Shown: piece by piece, positions 19,346 through 28,394 of the stretch
Layout: each line of letters starts with the position of its first letter
How positions within the stretch are numbered: the stretch's first letter is position 1
From: Planctomycetota bacterium
Lineage (GTDB): Bacteria; Planctomycetota; UBA8108; UBA1146
Length of the DNA stretch: 64,000 nt
Direction of reading: 5' to 3'
Assembly (NCBI GenBank): GCA_036338595.1
Contig: JAYZBV010000065.1
Location: 17,502-81,501, forward strand
Made by a program: the position numbers and the translations under genes
Notes under the pieces: generated by a model
Database searches by the model: none
What the model saw: the letters and a program-made list of their open reading frames with translations, nothing else
Told to the model about the DNA's origin: nothing

Positions 19346-20647
19346 ATGTTGGCACAAACAGCACCTGGCAGCAAAAACACCGCTGGGGGCAATAGTACAA
19401 ATTCACGGCCCAAGGCCTCCCTGACTGAAATCGTCACAAATGCCTACAAGGAGCACGGTTCGCTGAGAGACATCGAGGAGATCGATGTTCTGGAGACCGT
19501 GATCCTCGGAGCACTCTCTGCTTCGATGCCTCTGGCGGATGTCCTCAAGTGCTGGAGTGAATTTCGGACAGAGTTCGTGGATTGGAACGAAGTCCGCATC
19601 TCCTCAGCTGCAGAAGTCGCGGCTACATTCCCGGGGGCCAAGGATCCCATTCTGCTGGCGATGCAACTGAAAGAAATGTTGCAGGTCGTCTTTGAGCGTC
19701 GCCACATGCTCAGTCTCGAGTTCCTGCGCGAGAATACCATCGCTGAAACCAAGGAGTTCTTCAAACGATCACCAGCGCTTCCTGATCTCGCCCGCCAGTT
19801 GGTGCTTTCCTACATCAAATTTCAGCCTCATGTGCCCCTTGAATCCTGGGCGCAAGGAGGCTTGATCCGTGCCGGCCTCCTCAAGTCCTCCGTATCATCG
19901 GTCCAACGACAGCGGCAACTGTTTGATCAACTCGAGGGGATTCCTCTGCTTCATGCAGTCCTCGCTCTTCACGAGGAGGCGCGTCTGCACCCGGATCCTG
20001 CCGTTGAGGCAGCCGCTCGCAAGAAAGCGGCCCAGGCCAAGGAGGCGGCGCTGAAAGCAGCCAAAGCAGCAAAGGCTGCAGCCAAGGAAGCCCGGGACAG
20101 AGCGGCCAAGGAAGCCAGGGAGATGGCCGCGAAGAAGAAGGCCGCCGAGAAGGCTGCCGAGAAAGCCGCCAGGGATAAACTCGCCAGGATTAAAGCGGCA
20201 CAGAAGAGAGCCGCACAGAAGAAGGCCGCACAGAAAAAGGCCGCACAGAAGAAAGTCGCACAGCAGAAGGCCGCTCAGCAGAAGGCCGCTCAGAAGAAGG
20301 CCGCGCAGAAGAAGGCCGCTCAGAAGAAGGCCGCGCAGAAGAAAGCCGCGCAGAAGAAGGCCGCACAGAAAAAAGTCGCACAGCAGAAGGCCGCGCAGAA
20401 GAAGGCCGCGCAGAAGAAAGCCTCGAAGAAGGCGGTAAAGAAGAAGCCCTCGAAGAAGGCGGTAAAGAAGAAGCCCTCGAAGAAAGCGGTAAAGAAGAAG
20501 CCCTCGAAGAAAGCGGTAAAGAAGAAGCCCTCGAAGAAGGCGACAAAGAAGAAGCCCTCGAAGAAGGCGACGAAGAAGAAGCCCTCGAAGAAGGCGACAA
20601 AGAAGAAGCCCTCGAAGAAAACCGCCAGGAAGAGTCGAAAAAAATAG
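19346..20647 (+). CDS. EndoIII/HhH-GPD-like N-terminal domain fused to a histone-H1-like Lys/Ala-rich tail
   Basis: N-terminal helical domain with FVDWNEVRISS--EVA; C-terminal about 190 aa of K/A repeats; GGAAGGA RBS before ATG 19346. Confidence 0.7.
   Translation: MLAQTAPGSKNTAGGNSTNSRPKASLTEIVTNAYKEHGSLRDIEEIDVLETVILGALSASMPLADVLKCWSEFRTEFVDWNEVRISSAAEVAATFPGAKDPILLAMQLKEMLQVVFERRHMLSLEFLRENTIAETKEFFKRSPALPDLARQLVLSYIKFQPHVPLESWAQGGLIRAGLLKSSVSSVQRQRQLFDQLEGIPLLHAVLALHEEARLHPDPAVEAAARKKAAQAKEAALKAAKAAKAAAKEARDRAAKEAREMAAKKKAAEKAAEKAARDKLARIKAAQKRAAQKKAAQKKAAQKKVAQQKAAQQKAAQKKAAQKKAAQKKAAQKKAAQKKAAQKKVAQQKAAQKKAAQKKASKKAVKKKPSKKAVKKKPSKKAVKKKPSKKAVKKKPSKKATKKKPSKKATKKKPSKKATKKKPSKKTARKSRKK
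20195..20419 (+). repeat. 15-bp tandem repeat encoding (A/V)AQ(K/Q)K x15
   Basis: gccgcNcagaagaag-type units. Confidence 0.9.
20423..20611 (+). repeat. 27-bp tandem repeat encoding SKKA(V/T)KKKP x7
   Basis: tcgaagaaRgcg(gta/acR)aagaagaagccc units. Confidence 0.9.
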
Positions 20648-20712
20648 AGCATTGCAGAGGTGGCCCAACTCGCGCTGGGTGGCCCATCGACCGACTTCGA
20701 AAGGAGACTCTC

Positions 20713-21465
20713 TTGGCAGGACATTCAAAATGGGCAGGGATCAAGCACAAGAAGGCTGCCAACGACGCCAAACGCGGGAAAGTATTCAGCAAACTGGCCA
20801 AACTGATCACGGTTGCTTCCCGAGATGGCGGTGGAGACACCTCTCAGAATCCACATCTCAAGTTGGTTGTCGACAAGGCCAAGGCCGCCAACATGCCCAA
20901 CGACAACATCGCTCGGGCCATCAAGAAGGGCACTGGTGAACTCGGGTCAGTCTCCTTCTTTGAACTTGTATATGAGGGCTACGCACCTTCCCAGATCGCA
21001 CTGGTCATCGACATCTTGACCGACAACAAGAACCGAACCGCCAGTGAACTCAGAAAACTCTTCGACAAGAAAGGTGGAACCCTGGGCAGCCCTGGTTCCG
21101 TATCCTGGAATTTTGAAACAAAAGGAGTGATCGAACTCTCGGCAGATTCGATCGGCGAGGAAGAACTGATGGACCTTGCCATCGAGGCGGGGGCCGAAGA
21201 TGTGAAGATGGAGGACGACCATCATCAGGTGCTTTGCTCTCCAACTTCATTCAGCGATGTGCAGCAGGCGATCTCTGCCGCTGACTTGACTCCGACATAT
21301 GCAGAAGTGACGCGGCTACCAAAGGAAACAGTCACTCTAGATGATGAGAAAAAAGCAGCCAAGGTATTGAATTTCATCGCAGAGGTTGAAGATCACGACG
21401 ATGTTCAGAAGGTCAGTTCCAATCTGGAACTCCCCCCTGAACTGTTCGATAAACTCAATTCGTGA
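20713..21465 (+). CDS. yebC: YebC/PmpR (TACO1) family protein
   Basis: MAGHSKWAGIKHKK, NMP-DNI-RAIKKG, YEGY, TDNKNRT, DHDDVQKV; TTG start with AAGGAG RBS. Confidence 0.95.
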   Translation: MAGHSKWAGIKHKKAANDAKRGKVFSKLAKLITVASRDGGGDTSQNPHLKLVVDKAKAANMPNDNIARAIKKGTGELGSVSFFELVYEGYAPSQIALVIDILTDNKNRTASELRKLFDKKGGTLGSPGSVSWNFETKGVIELSADSIGEEELMDLAIEAGAEDVKMEDDHHQVLCSPTSFSDVQQAISAADLTPTYAEVTRLPKETVTLDDEKKAAKVLNFIAEVEDHDDVQKVSSNLELPPELFDKLNS

Positions 21466-21474
21466 TTCAACAGT

Positions 21475-21972
21475 TCAGTTATTGTTCTCATCTGCGCGCT
21501 GGAAGAAGAAGTCTCGGAAATCCCGGATCGGCGTTCTTTCAGTGAAAGACTCGTCCAGCTCATGCCAGTATCGGACTTCCTCATCACCGGGTCTCCAGCA
21601 CAAGAATACTTTCCTGCCGACATACAGTGTCGGGAAGTTGATCACTCCCCTCTTGAATTCCTGCACGAAACAACCCAGATCTTCAACTTCACGGATGTAT
21701 CCATTGATGCGATCGATGAGCAGGTTCAACTCCAGTTTCAGATCCTGTGCATCCACCGCAACAGAAGCCTCATCGACTCGAATCGGGTTCTTTTCAAGGC
21801 ACTCCAGTTCGGTGCGCTTCTGTATGATCCCATCCCAGACATCCACAATATCGGACACTACTCTCTCCAGAAGTGGCAACATCTTGTTGGCGTCATCGAC
21901 GGTAACCAGACGACTCTGTGCCTGGGTGCTACTGGTACGGCGCATCGATCTCTCCATTTCAACCGGGTTCAT
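21475..21972 (-). CDS. DUF2203 family protein
   Basis: TVDDANKMLP, coiled coil, G-INFP, VFLCWRPGD-EVRYWHELDE-F--R-PI. Confidence 0.8.
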   Translation of the reverse strand: MNPVEMERSMRRTSSTQAQSRLVTVDDANKMLPLLERVVSDIVDVWDGIIQKRTELECLEKNPIRVDEASVAVDAQDLKLELNLLIDRINGYIREVEDLGCFVQEFKRGVINFPTLYVGRKVFLCWRPGDEEVRYWHELDESFTERTPIRDFRDFFFQRADENNN

Positions 21973-22194
21973 GTTCTCCAGGAGAAGTGGCAAGCTGCGT
22001 GCCCGAGTGAAATGGGGCTCTGATTCACCCCCCGCCCCCCTACCTCAGCGACGACAGTTCCGATCCGGACCCCACTGTCCAGCGGTTGGACGGGTCCATC
22101 GGTTGACTTCGCCCGCCATGGACTCGATAACTCCCCTTCAGGGGAATGAGCACCGGTCCCGCCCTCTTGGGATCCACCATCGAGATCGGGAGTT

Positions 22195-24615
22195 ATGATC
22201 TTGAGCCTGCCAGCGCCAGGGGACTCGGCACCGCATCCGGGCCTTCATACGATCCACAGGCGGCTCTCGCTGCTGCTGGGTGTTCTGCTGCTGCTATCTC
22301 CCTCCCTGCACCTCCACGGATTCCAGACCCAATCCCAGGAGCAAGAGGTGATACAGGAGATCCGATTGCGGGGCCTCGACCGCCTCGGGACAGCAGAAGT
22401 TCTGGCCAGGATGAAGATCAGATCCGGGGATCGCTGGGATCCGGTCGCTCTCGACGCTGAATATCGACGACTCTGGACCAGCGGTGATTTTGTCACCATC
22501 GAATCGCCTCTTGTCGATCACACCGCATCCGGTGTCATCATCACCATCACTCTCAGAGAGCGCCGGCAAATTTTTGAAGTCCAACTGGAGGGTGCCCACG
22601 ACCTGTCAGAGAAGGCAACGCTGAGGCAGATTCGGAGCAACAAGGGCGAACTTCACGACCCCTTGCTGGTGCGCGAGGACATCGATTCGATTCGAGGTCT
22701 CCTGCTGGAGCAGGGGCACCCATTTGCCAGGGTTGACAGCCGCACGGAGGAAACTGCCGACGGACTGGTGGTCATATTCGAGCTCGATGAAGGGCCTCAG
22801 GTACTGCTCCGGACCGTCGACCTGAAAGGATCGGGCTCGCTTCCAATTGGCAATATTTTGAAGTTGATGCAACTTCGCACGAGAACTCCGCTCGGCCTGG
22901 CCCGTTCAGGAAAATTCGATCCACGGCTGCTGGAAGAAGACCTCGAGAAGATTCGAGAGTACTACATATCGATGGGATTTTTCGATGCTGAGGTGTCGAT
23001 AGACCAGCTCGAATTTCAAGACAACCTGGAAAATCTCAGACTCGTCATCGATCTGGATGAAGGGCCGAGGTATCGAATCGGAGAGATCGAGTTCTCGTTC
23101 GAGGGCAACCGAGTGATCCCCGAGGAGCAGTTACGTTCTGCTCTGAAGGTGGTTCCTGGCGATCTCTGGAATGGTGCACTCGTCAAGGCGGACACGGATC
23201 AACTGAAAAGGCTCTATAACGATCAGGGCTATCTAGACGCCACCATCACCCCTTCCCTCACCTACCCCCTCGAGGGGGTCGATGTCATCCTTCGCTACAG
23301 GATCTTCGAGGGGTCATTGGTCTACGTCAGTGACATCGAATTCAGGGGCAATACCAACACCAGAGACGATGTGATCCGTCGCCAGCTGGAGGTTTACCCG
23401 GGGGAACTCCTCCATCCGGACCTTCTTCAGAGAAGCCTCAGCAACCTACATAGACTCCGGTACTTCGATGGTATTCGTCCTCAATTTGACAGCGGTGGCG
23501 ATCCTGAGCGCCGCCCGCTGGTATTCGAGCTGGCGGAAGGATCCACAGGCAGGGCCTTGTTCGGGATCGGATACTCCAGTGGCCGTGGAGCCGTGGGGAA
23601 TCTCTCCATCGAGAAGCGGAATTTTGACATCACCGATGTTCCCGACTCGCTCACCGATCTTCCAGGATCCTTCACCGGAGGAGGACAGCGCCTGATTCTT
23701 GAGGCGCAGCCGGGTACGGAGTACTCCAGGTATCGCCTGCAGTTCTCCGAGCCATTTCTTGGAGGGTCTCAAAATTCTCTGCAGATATCGGCATTCCGGT
23801 CCGTGTTGCTTCGCCCGGAATACATCGAGGATCGAAGCAGCGCTGGAATCACGGTGGGACGCCTCTTCAGCCTCGAGAAGAAACTGAGAGGCACCCTTGG
23901 TTTTCGCAATGATAGAGTTTCAGTCGATGAAGTATCGGCGTCTGCCCCGTCGGTCGTGATCAACAGCGCCGGCAAGACCACCTACAGCGCCATCGATATC
24001 AACCTGGATTGGGACCAGCGTGTCTATCGACCTGTCATCGGTGCGGTCGATGGGTGGTATCTTGAAACCGGCTACAGTCACATCGGCGGGCCGCTCGGCG
24101 GGGATCTGGAAATCGGGAAATTCAATCTCGGTACCGGCATGTTCCGCACCATTCATGAAAACAGCGACGCTCTTCGCCATGTCTTTGCCATGCGAACCAC
24201 TTTCAACTGGGCTGAGCCTCTCGGCGAAGATGACCTGATTCCGGTATTTGAACGCTTCTATCTGGGAGGTCCACGATCGCTGCGCGGATTTGATTACCGA
24301 GGTGCAGGGCCTCGGGAGAACGATGCAGAAATCGGGGGAACCGTCCGCCACAGAGGATCCATCGAATACACCTGGCCGCTGCTGGATAACACACTTCGCG
24401 GCCTCGTATTCACCGACTTCGGAAACCTATCCGATGGAAAGGCTGCCTTCTCATTGGATGAATATAGAGTCGGAGTTGGTGGAGGAGTCGTATTGAACAT
24501 CCCCATCTTTGGTCAGTCATTGCCCATCTCCATCACCTGGACCGAGGCGGTGAAGAAGCAAGATGGAGATCGGCTGCAGGAGTTCTCCCTGGATCTTGGC
24601 TGGTTCCTCTACTAG
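22195..24615 (+). CDS. bamA: Outer membrane protein assembly factor BamA (Omp85)
   Basis: Signal region, multiple POTRA repeats (GFFDA, GYLDA, GNTNTRDDVIRR), beta-barrel with RFYLGG--SLRGF, aromatic C-terminus. Confidence 0.88.
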   Translation: MILSLPAPGDSAPHPGLHTIHRRLSLLLGVLLLLSPSLHLHGFQTQSQEQEVIQEIRLRGLDRLGTAEVLARMKIRSGDRWDPVALDAEYRRLWTSGDFVTIESPLVDHTASGVIITITLRERRQIFEVQLEGAHDLSEKATLRQIRSNKGELHDPLLVREDIDSIRGLLLEQGHPFARVDSRTEETADGLVVIFELDEGPQVLLRTVDLKGSGSLPIGNILKLMQLRTRTPLGLARSGKFDPRLLEEDLEKIREYYISMGFFDAEVSIDQLEFQDNLENLRLVIDLDEGPRYRIGEIEFSFEGNRVIPEEQLRSALKVVPGDLWNGALVKADTDQLKRLYNDQGYLDATITPSLTYPLEGVDVILRYRIFEGSLVYVSDIEFRGNTNTRDDVIRRQLEVYPGELLHPDLLQRSLSNLHRLRYFDGIRPQFDSGGDPERRPLVFELAEGSTGRALFGIGYSSGRGAVGNLSIEKRNFDITDVPDSLTDLPGSFTGGGQRLILEAQPGTEYSRYRLQFSEPFLGGSQNSLQISAFRSVLLRPEYIEDRSSAGITVGRLFSLEKKLRGTLGFRNDRVSVDEVSASAPSVVINSAGKTTYSAIDINLDWDQRVYRPVIGAVDGWYLETGYSHIGGPLGGDLEIGKFNLGTGMFRTIHENSDALRHVFAMRTTFNWAEPLGEDDLIPVFERFYLGGPRSLRGFDYRGAGPRENDAEIGGTVRHRGSIEYTWPLLDNTLRGLVFTDFGNLSDGKAAFSLDEYRVGVGGGVVLNIPIFGQSLPISITWTEAVKKQDGDRLQEFSLDLGWFLY

Positions 24616-26843
24616 AGCCCTGTCTCTCCTGGGTCCCCCGACCCTTCATCGCAATCCCACCAGATCTCGAAACCGGGTGGAGGTAGCACCCACGAAATCT
24701 CTGTAAATGAAATATCGGTAGCGACGCCATTGATGAGCACCACCAGTCGCTGCTTCTCCTTGTTGATCTTTCGCACCTCGCAAACCTTTTGAAATCTCGG
24801 GATGAAAACCGCGTCTCCCTTGCTCAGTGAGCGAGCAGTATCGAGGCGACGCTTCGCCAGGTCTGTTCCTTCCAGCGCCTGGGCAAGAGCCAGATAGGCA
24901 TCGCTCAGAGCATCCCCCTTCGCCCCGGGAAGTTCTCCGATCTGGTCCAGGGCGTGGCGGATTCGCGCAACGGAGGTGGAGATTTGCAGTTCCTCAACGC
25001 GCTCCAGTTCATATTCGAGTGCGGAGCGGGTCTTTTCAGCTTCCTGTTCCTGACGAGCGATTTGTTGTGAATGGTGGAGCGCCCTCTTGCGGTGACCTTC
25101 CGCTTCCCTCGAGCGTCTTTCCAGATCCTTCTGAGCTCGCTGCATCGCATCGACGACCTCGTGATCCACAGCATCTTGATCTCGACTCGCCCGCCTGGCG
25201 CTTTCGACTACCTCCGAAGGCATTCCGATCCGCTCTGCGATGACCAGCGCATTCGATCGACCCGGCAGGCCAACCACAATCCGAAAGGTGGGAGCCAGTT
25301 TCTCGGGATCGAACTCCATCGAAGCGTTTTCACACTTGCGGCGCCTGTAGGCGTACTCCTTGAGTCGACCCAGATGTGTCGTGACCAGTGTCAAGGTGCC
25401 TCGCTCGTATAGCACATCCAGCACTGCCTCTGCCAACGGTGCGCCTTCAAGCGGGTCGGTCCCGGATCCGAGTTCATCGAGCAGCACCAGACTACGACTG
25501 GTAGAGCGACGCAATATCGACGCCACCACGGTGACATGCGCAGAGAATGTCGAGAGATCCTGCTGCAAACTCTGCTCATCCCCGATATCGGCAAGCACAG
25601 CATCAAAAACAGGAATACTGCAACCCGGTGACGCTGGAATCGGGATTCCGCATGCAGCCATCAGTGCAAGCAGCCCCACCGTCTTGAGGACCACGGTCTT
25701 GCCGCCCGTGTTGGGACCGGTGACGACGATTTGATATCTGCCAGGATTCATGTCGAGATCCATGGGGACCACAGCGGCTCGTGCAGACTCCAGATCAAAG
25801 ATGGAGCCGCGCACAGTCTTCCGTTGTCGCCAGAGTAGCAAGGGATGTCTTGCAGCGACCAGAACGATGCGGCGCTCTTCGGTCAATTCGGGACTGACGC
25901 ATCCGAGTTCATCGGCAAATCGTGCTCTCGCCTGAGCAGCATCGAGTTCGACAAGATGTTGCCAGAGTTGAAGAATCAGTTCTCGACGAAGCCTGACTGC
26001 ACGTGTCAGATCTGCCAGAATTCGCTGCACCTCGTGAGCTTCCGCAACTCTAGAGCGTTGCGAACGATCCCCCAGCCGGACCACCGGTTCTGGCTCGATG
26101 AAGAGCGTCTGCCCCGATGAGGACTCTCCTCGAATGACTCCACGCACAAGATTCCTGCACTCGGCACGGATCGCCCAGCAGAGTCTGCCATGGCGAGGCG
26201 TGACCACATTCCCCTGGAGCGCCTTCTTCCATGGTTTCTTCTCGGAGTTTTCGACAAACCACTGGCGAATTTCAGCATCGAGCCGGGCAGACTCGGATCT
26301 CAATCCGCTCAATTTATCGCTCGCCTGATCGAGAATCTCTCCGGATGCATCGACCGACATCTCCAAGCGTTCCCTCAAGCCAGGAACATCCACCAGAAAC
26401 TCAGCTCTGCGGGTCAGCCGTGGACACTCCACGGCCTGGAGTTGAGATCTCAGCCTGCGCGATCGATCAATCACCTGCCACACCGCAGCCAGCATCTGTG
26501 GATCGAGAGTGCTGGACCCGGATTCCGGCAATATCGAGGGGATATCGATCAGCCCCTCGAGTCCTGGGTTCCAGTTGTTGGTTTTCAGCCGCTCGCGAAT
26601 CTCCTCGGTCTCATCGAGTAGAACTCTGGCGGATTCAAGATCCGTTGCCGGTATTGCCCGCTGCAGATGCAACTTTCCCGGACGAGATGATGCAAATCCT
26701 GCGACACATTCGAGCAGGTCGGCCAGATCGAGTCGGCGATAACTCGAAGGGATGACATCGAGGATGTCTGAAGGTTCCTGGCGGCGACTCCTGGACCGTT
26801 TGCGCCGTCGCCGCTTCTTCCCCGGGTCCGTTGGGCCAGACAA
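24612..26843 (-). CDS. mutS2: MutS2-family ATPase (KOW-like end, no Smr domain)
   Basis: SSSGQTLFIEP, ARHPLL, TGPNTGGKTVVLK, DIGDEQS-QQ-LSTFSAH, LDELGSGTDP-EG, TTH, PG-SNA. Confidence 0.9.
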   Translation of the reverse strand: MSGPTDPGKKRRRRKRSRSRRQEPSDILDVIPSSYRRLDLADLLECVAGFASSRPGKLHLQRAIPATDLESARVLLDETEEIRERLKTNNWNPGLEGLIDIPSILPESGSSTLDPQMLAAVWQVIDRSRRLRSQLQAVECPRLTRRAEFLVDVPGLRERLEMSVDASGEILDQASDKLSGLRSESARLDAEIRQWFVENSEKKPWKKALQGNVVTPRHGRLCWAIRAECRNLVRGVIRGESSSGQTLFIEPEPVVRLGDRSQRSRVAEAHEVQRILADLTRAVRLRRELILQLWQHLVELDAAQARARFADELGCVSPELTEERRIVLVAARHPLLLWRQRKTVRGSIFDLESARAAVVPMDLDMNPGRYQIVVTGPNTGGKTVVLKTVGLLALMAACGIPIPASPGCSIPVFDAVLADIGDEQSLQQDLSTFSAHVTVVASILRRSTSRSLVLLDELGSGTDPLEGAPLAEAVLDVLYERGTLTLVTTHLGRLKEYAYRRRKCENASMEFDPEKLAPTFRIVVGLPGRSNALVIAERIGMPSEVVESARRASRDQDAVDHEVVDAMQRAQKDLERRSREAEGHRKRALHHSQQIARQEQEAEKTRSALEYELERVEELQISTSVARIRHALDQIGELPGAKGDALSDAYLALAQALEGTDLAKRRLDTARSLSKGDAVFIPRFQKVCEVRKINKEKQRLVVLINGVATDISFTEISWVLPPPGFEIWWDCDEGSGDPGETGL

Positions 26844-26887
26844 ACTTCCACCTTTCCCTGAACCCCTTCGATCCAGCGGGATGGATG

Positions 26888-28300
26888 CTAACTCATTTCA
26901 TCGACGATGCGGAGTTGATCACTGCCCCTGAGCAGTTGCCGGGCTCTCTCCATGCATTCCCGAGCCACCTCACCGGTGGATACGCCGAGGATGCCACCAC
27001 CACGGATGCCCGGAATCGCCTGGTCGAGTCTCCGAGTGAGGCTTTCGGCAGCTCCGGGTTCCGGCTGGTCGATCAGAACCCAGAGCCTGTCACCGCAGAT
27101 CTCGACCCAGTCGGTGCCTCGCAGCTCCTTCGGAATCTTCTCGGCGAGGTCACGACCACCCTGAGTGTGCTCCAGAACCAGCACTCCAGGTGCCACACCA
27201 CGTCTTTCCGCTGACCGGATGCGGGTGTCGAGCAGTCGAGTGAATCGTTGCTCCGGATCCTCGATCAGTGGCATGCCGTCGGAGGCGATCGCTGGCACCA
27301 GGTCATCGATCAGCGGCAACAACTGGAAGGCACGAAAGAACTCGCGGCGAGCCGCTTGAGGATCTCTTGCCAGGAACCCGAGCCACGCCTCGGGCAAGGG
27401 AACCCCGACGAATGGCCCCAGAGATCCTGGCTCGGTCGGTATCGGTTCTCCCACATCGAGTTCATCACCGATGCTTCTGAGTACTGCACCAGGATCATGC
27501 CCCCCCACCTTGACCGAGATCTCATCACCGCTTCTCCTCAGTTCGGCCCAGCCAAGAAATGCGGGATCGGACATCACCCAGTTCCTCAGAGCCTCTGCCG
27601 AAACCACACCATCTTTGCGAGCCTTCAGCAGTGCCTTCACAGCTGCCATCGCATCCGGTTGCAGGTCATGACCTGGAGATGTTGTGGTCTCTGGCTCAAA
27701 GGTCAGGCGGCTCACCTCCTCCTCGGACAACCTGGGAAGATCGAAATCGCGCCCGGGAGCAGGTGCTGATGAAGGAGCAGGTGTCGCTGAATCCTGATCT
27801 GGACTCGCCATCAAGAAGTCGAAGATCTCATCATTTGCGGACGAGACGATGGGGCGAACGATTCGAGGTACGTCAGAACTTTCAGGAACAGGAGGGTCTT
27901 CGTCCACCATCTCGATCAAACGATCTTGATACTCTGCGAACTGATCGAGGCGATGCGCGTGCCCATAGACGATGACGAAGTCACAACCTGCAATATGGCA
28001 TGGAAATTTCTGTTGAGCAGCAGCCACAGTGGGATAGGCATGGAGCGAGGCCTTGTCACCGATGCGATCCGCCATCTCTTCGTGGACGATCAGGTTGCCA
28101 TGATGGATCAGGACCAGATCACGGCGGTTCATGTCGGCAGCCGCGTCGTCCCTTCCCTCCTCGAACAGTTTCTCGTTTTCCCTCTTTTGCTGATCGATTT
28201 CTCGACGAAGTTCCTCGCCTTCCGGTGCAGGACGGCCCTCGCCATCGGAAGGACCGATAAGATCGCCAATGCTCGGGTCGGGGGGGTCAGAGTCGGTCAC
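26888..28300 (-). CDS. Hypothetical protein with degenerate GGDEF-like C-terminal domain
   Basis: Long ORF; GTG start with GGAG RBS; C-terminus follows GGDEF-fold spacing but the signature is replaced by CGDRL. Confidence 0.6.
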   Translation of the reverse strand: MTDSDPPDPSIGDLIGPSDGEGRPAPEGEELRREIDQQKRENEKLFEEGRDDAAADMNRRDLVLIHHGNLIVHEEMADRIGDKASLHAYPTVAAAQQKFPCHIAGCDFVIVYGHAHRLDQFAEYQDRLIEMVDEDPPVPESSDVPRIVRPIVSSANDEIFDFLMASPDQDSATPAPSSAPAPGRDFDLPRLSEEEVSRLTFEPETTTSPGHDLQPDAMAAVKALLKARKDGVVSAEALRNWVMSDPAFLGWAELRRSGDEISVKVGGHDPGAVLRSIGDELDVGEPIPTEPGSLGPFVGVPLPEAWLGFLARDPQAARREFFRAFQLLPLIDDLVPAIASDGMPLIEDPEQRFTRLLDTRIRSAERRGVAPGVLVLEHTQGGRDLAEKIPKELRGTDWVEICGDRLWVLIDQPEPGAAESLTRRLDQAIPGIRGGGILGVSTGEVARECMERARQLLRGSDQLRIVDEMS

Positions 28301-28394
28301 TCGGCTTCTCCTGGGGGTCAGATGACGGCAGTGGAGCCCCGATGAGACCTTCTCCAGGCGCACTCGTCAACCTCGGCGTGACATCGGGGGTCGA

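Noticed and set aside
20195..20611. Tandem repeat array considered as a possible CRISPR array
   Set aside because: No unique spacers; units are in-frame codon repeats within a CDS; no cas genes
20659..20686. GGTGGCCCA direct repeat upstream of yebC
   Set aside because: Only two 9-bp GC-rich copies; plausible by chance
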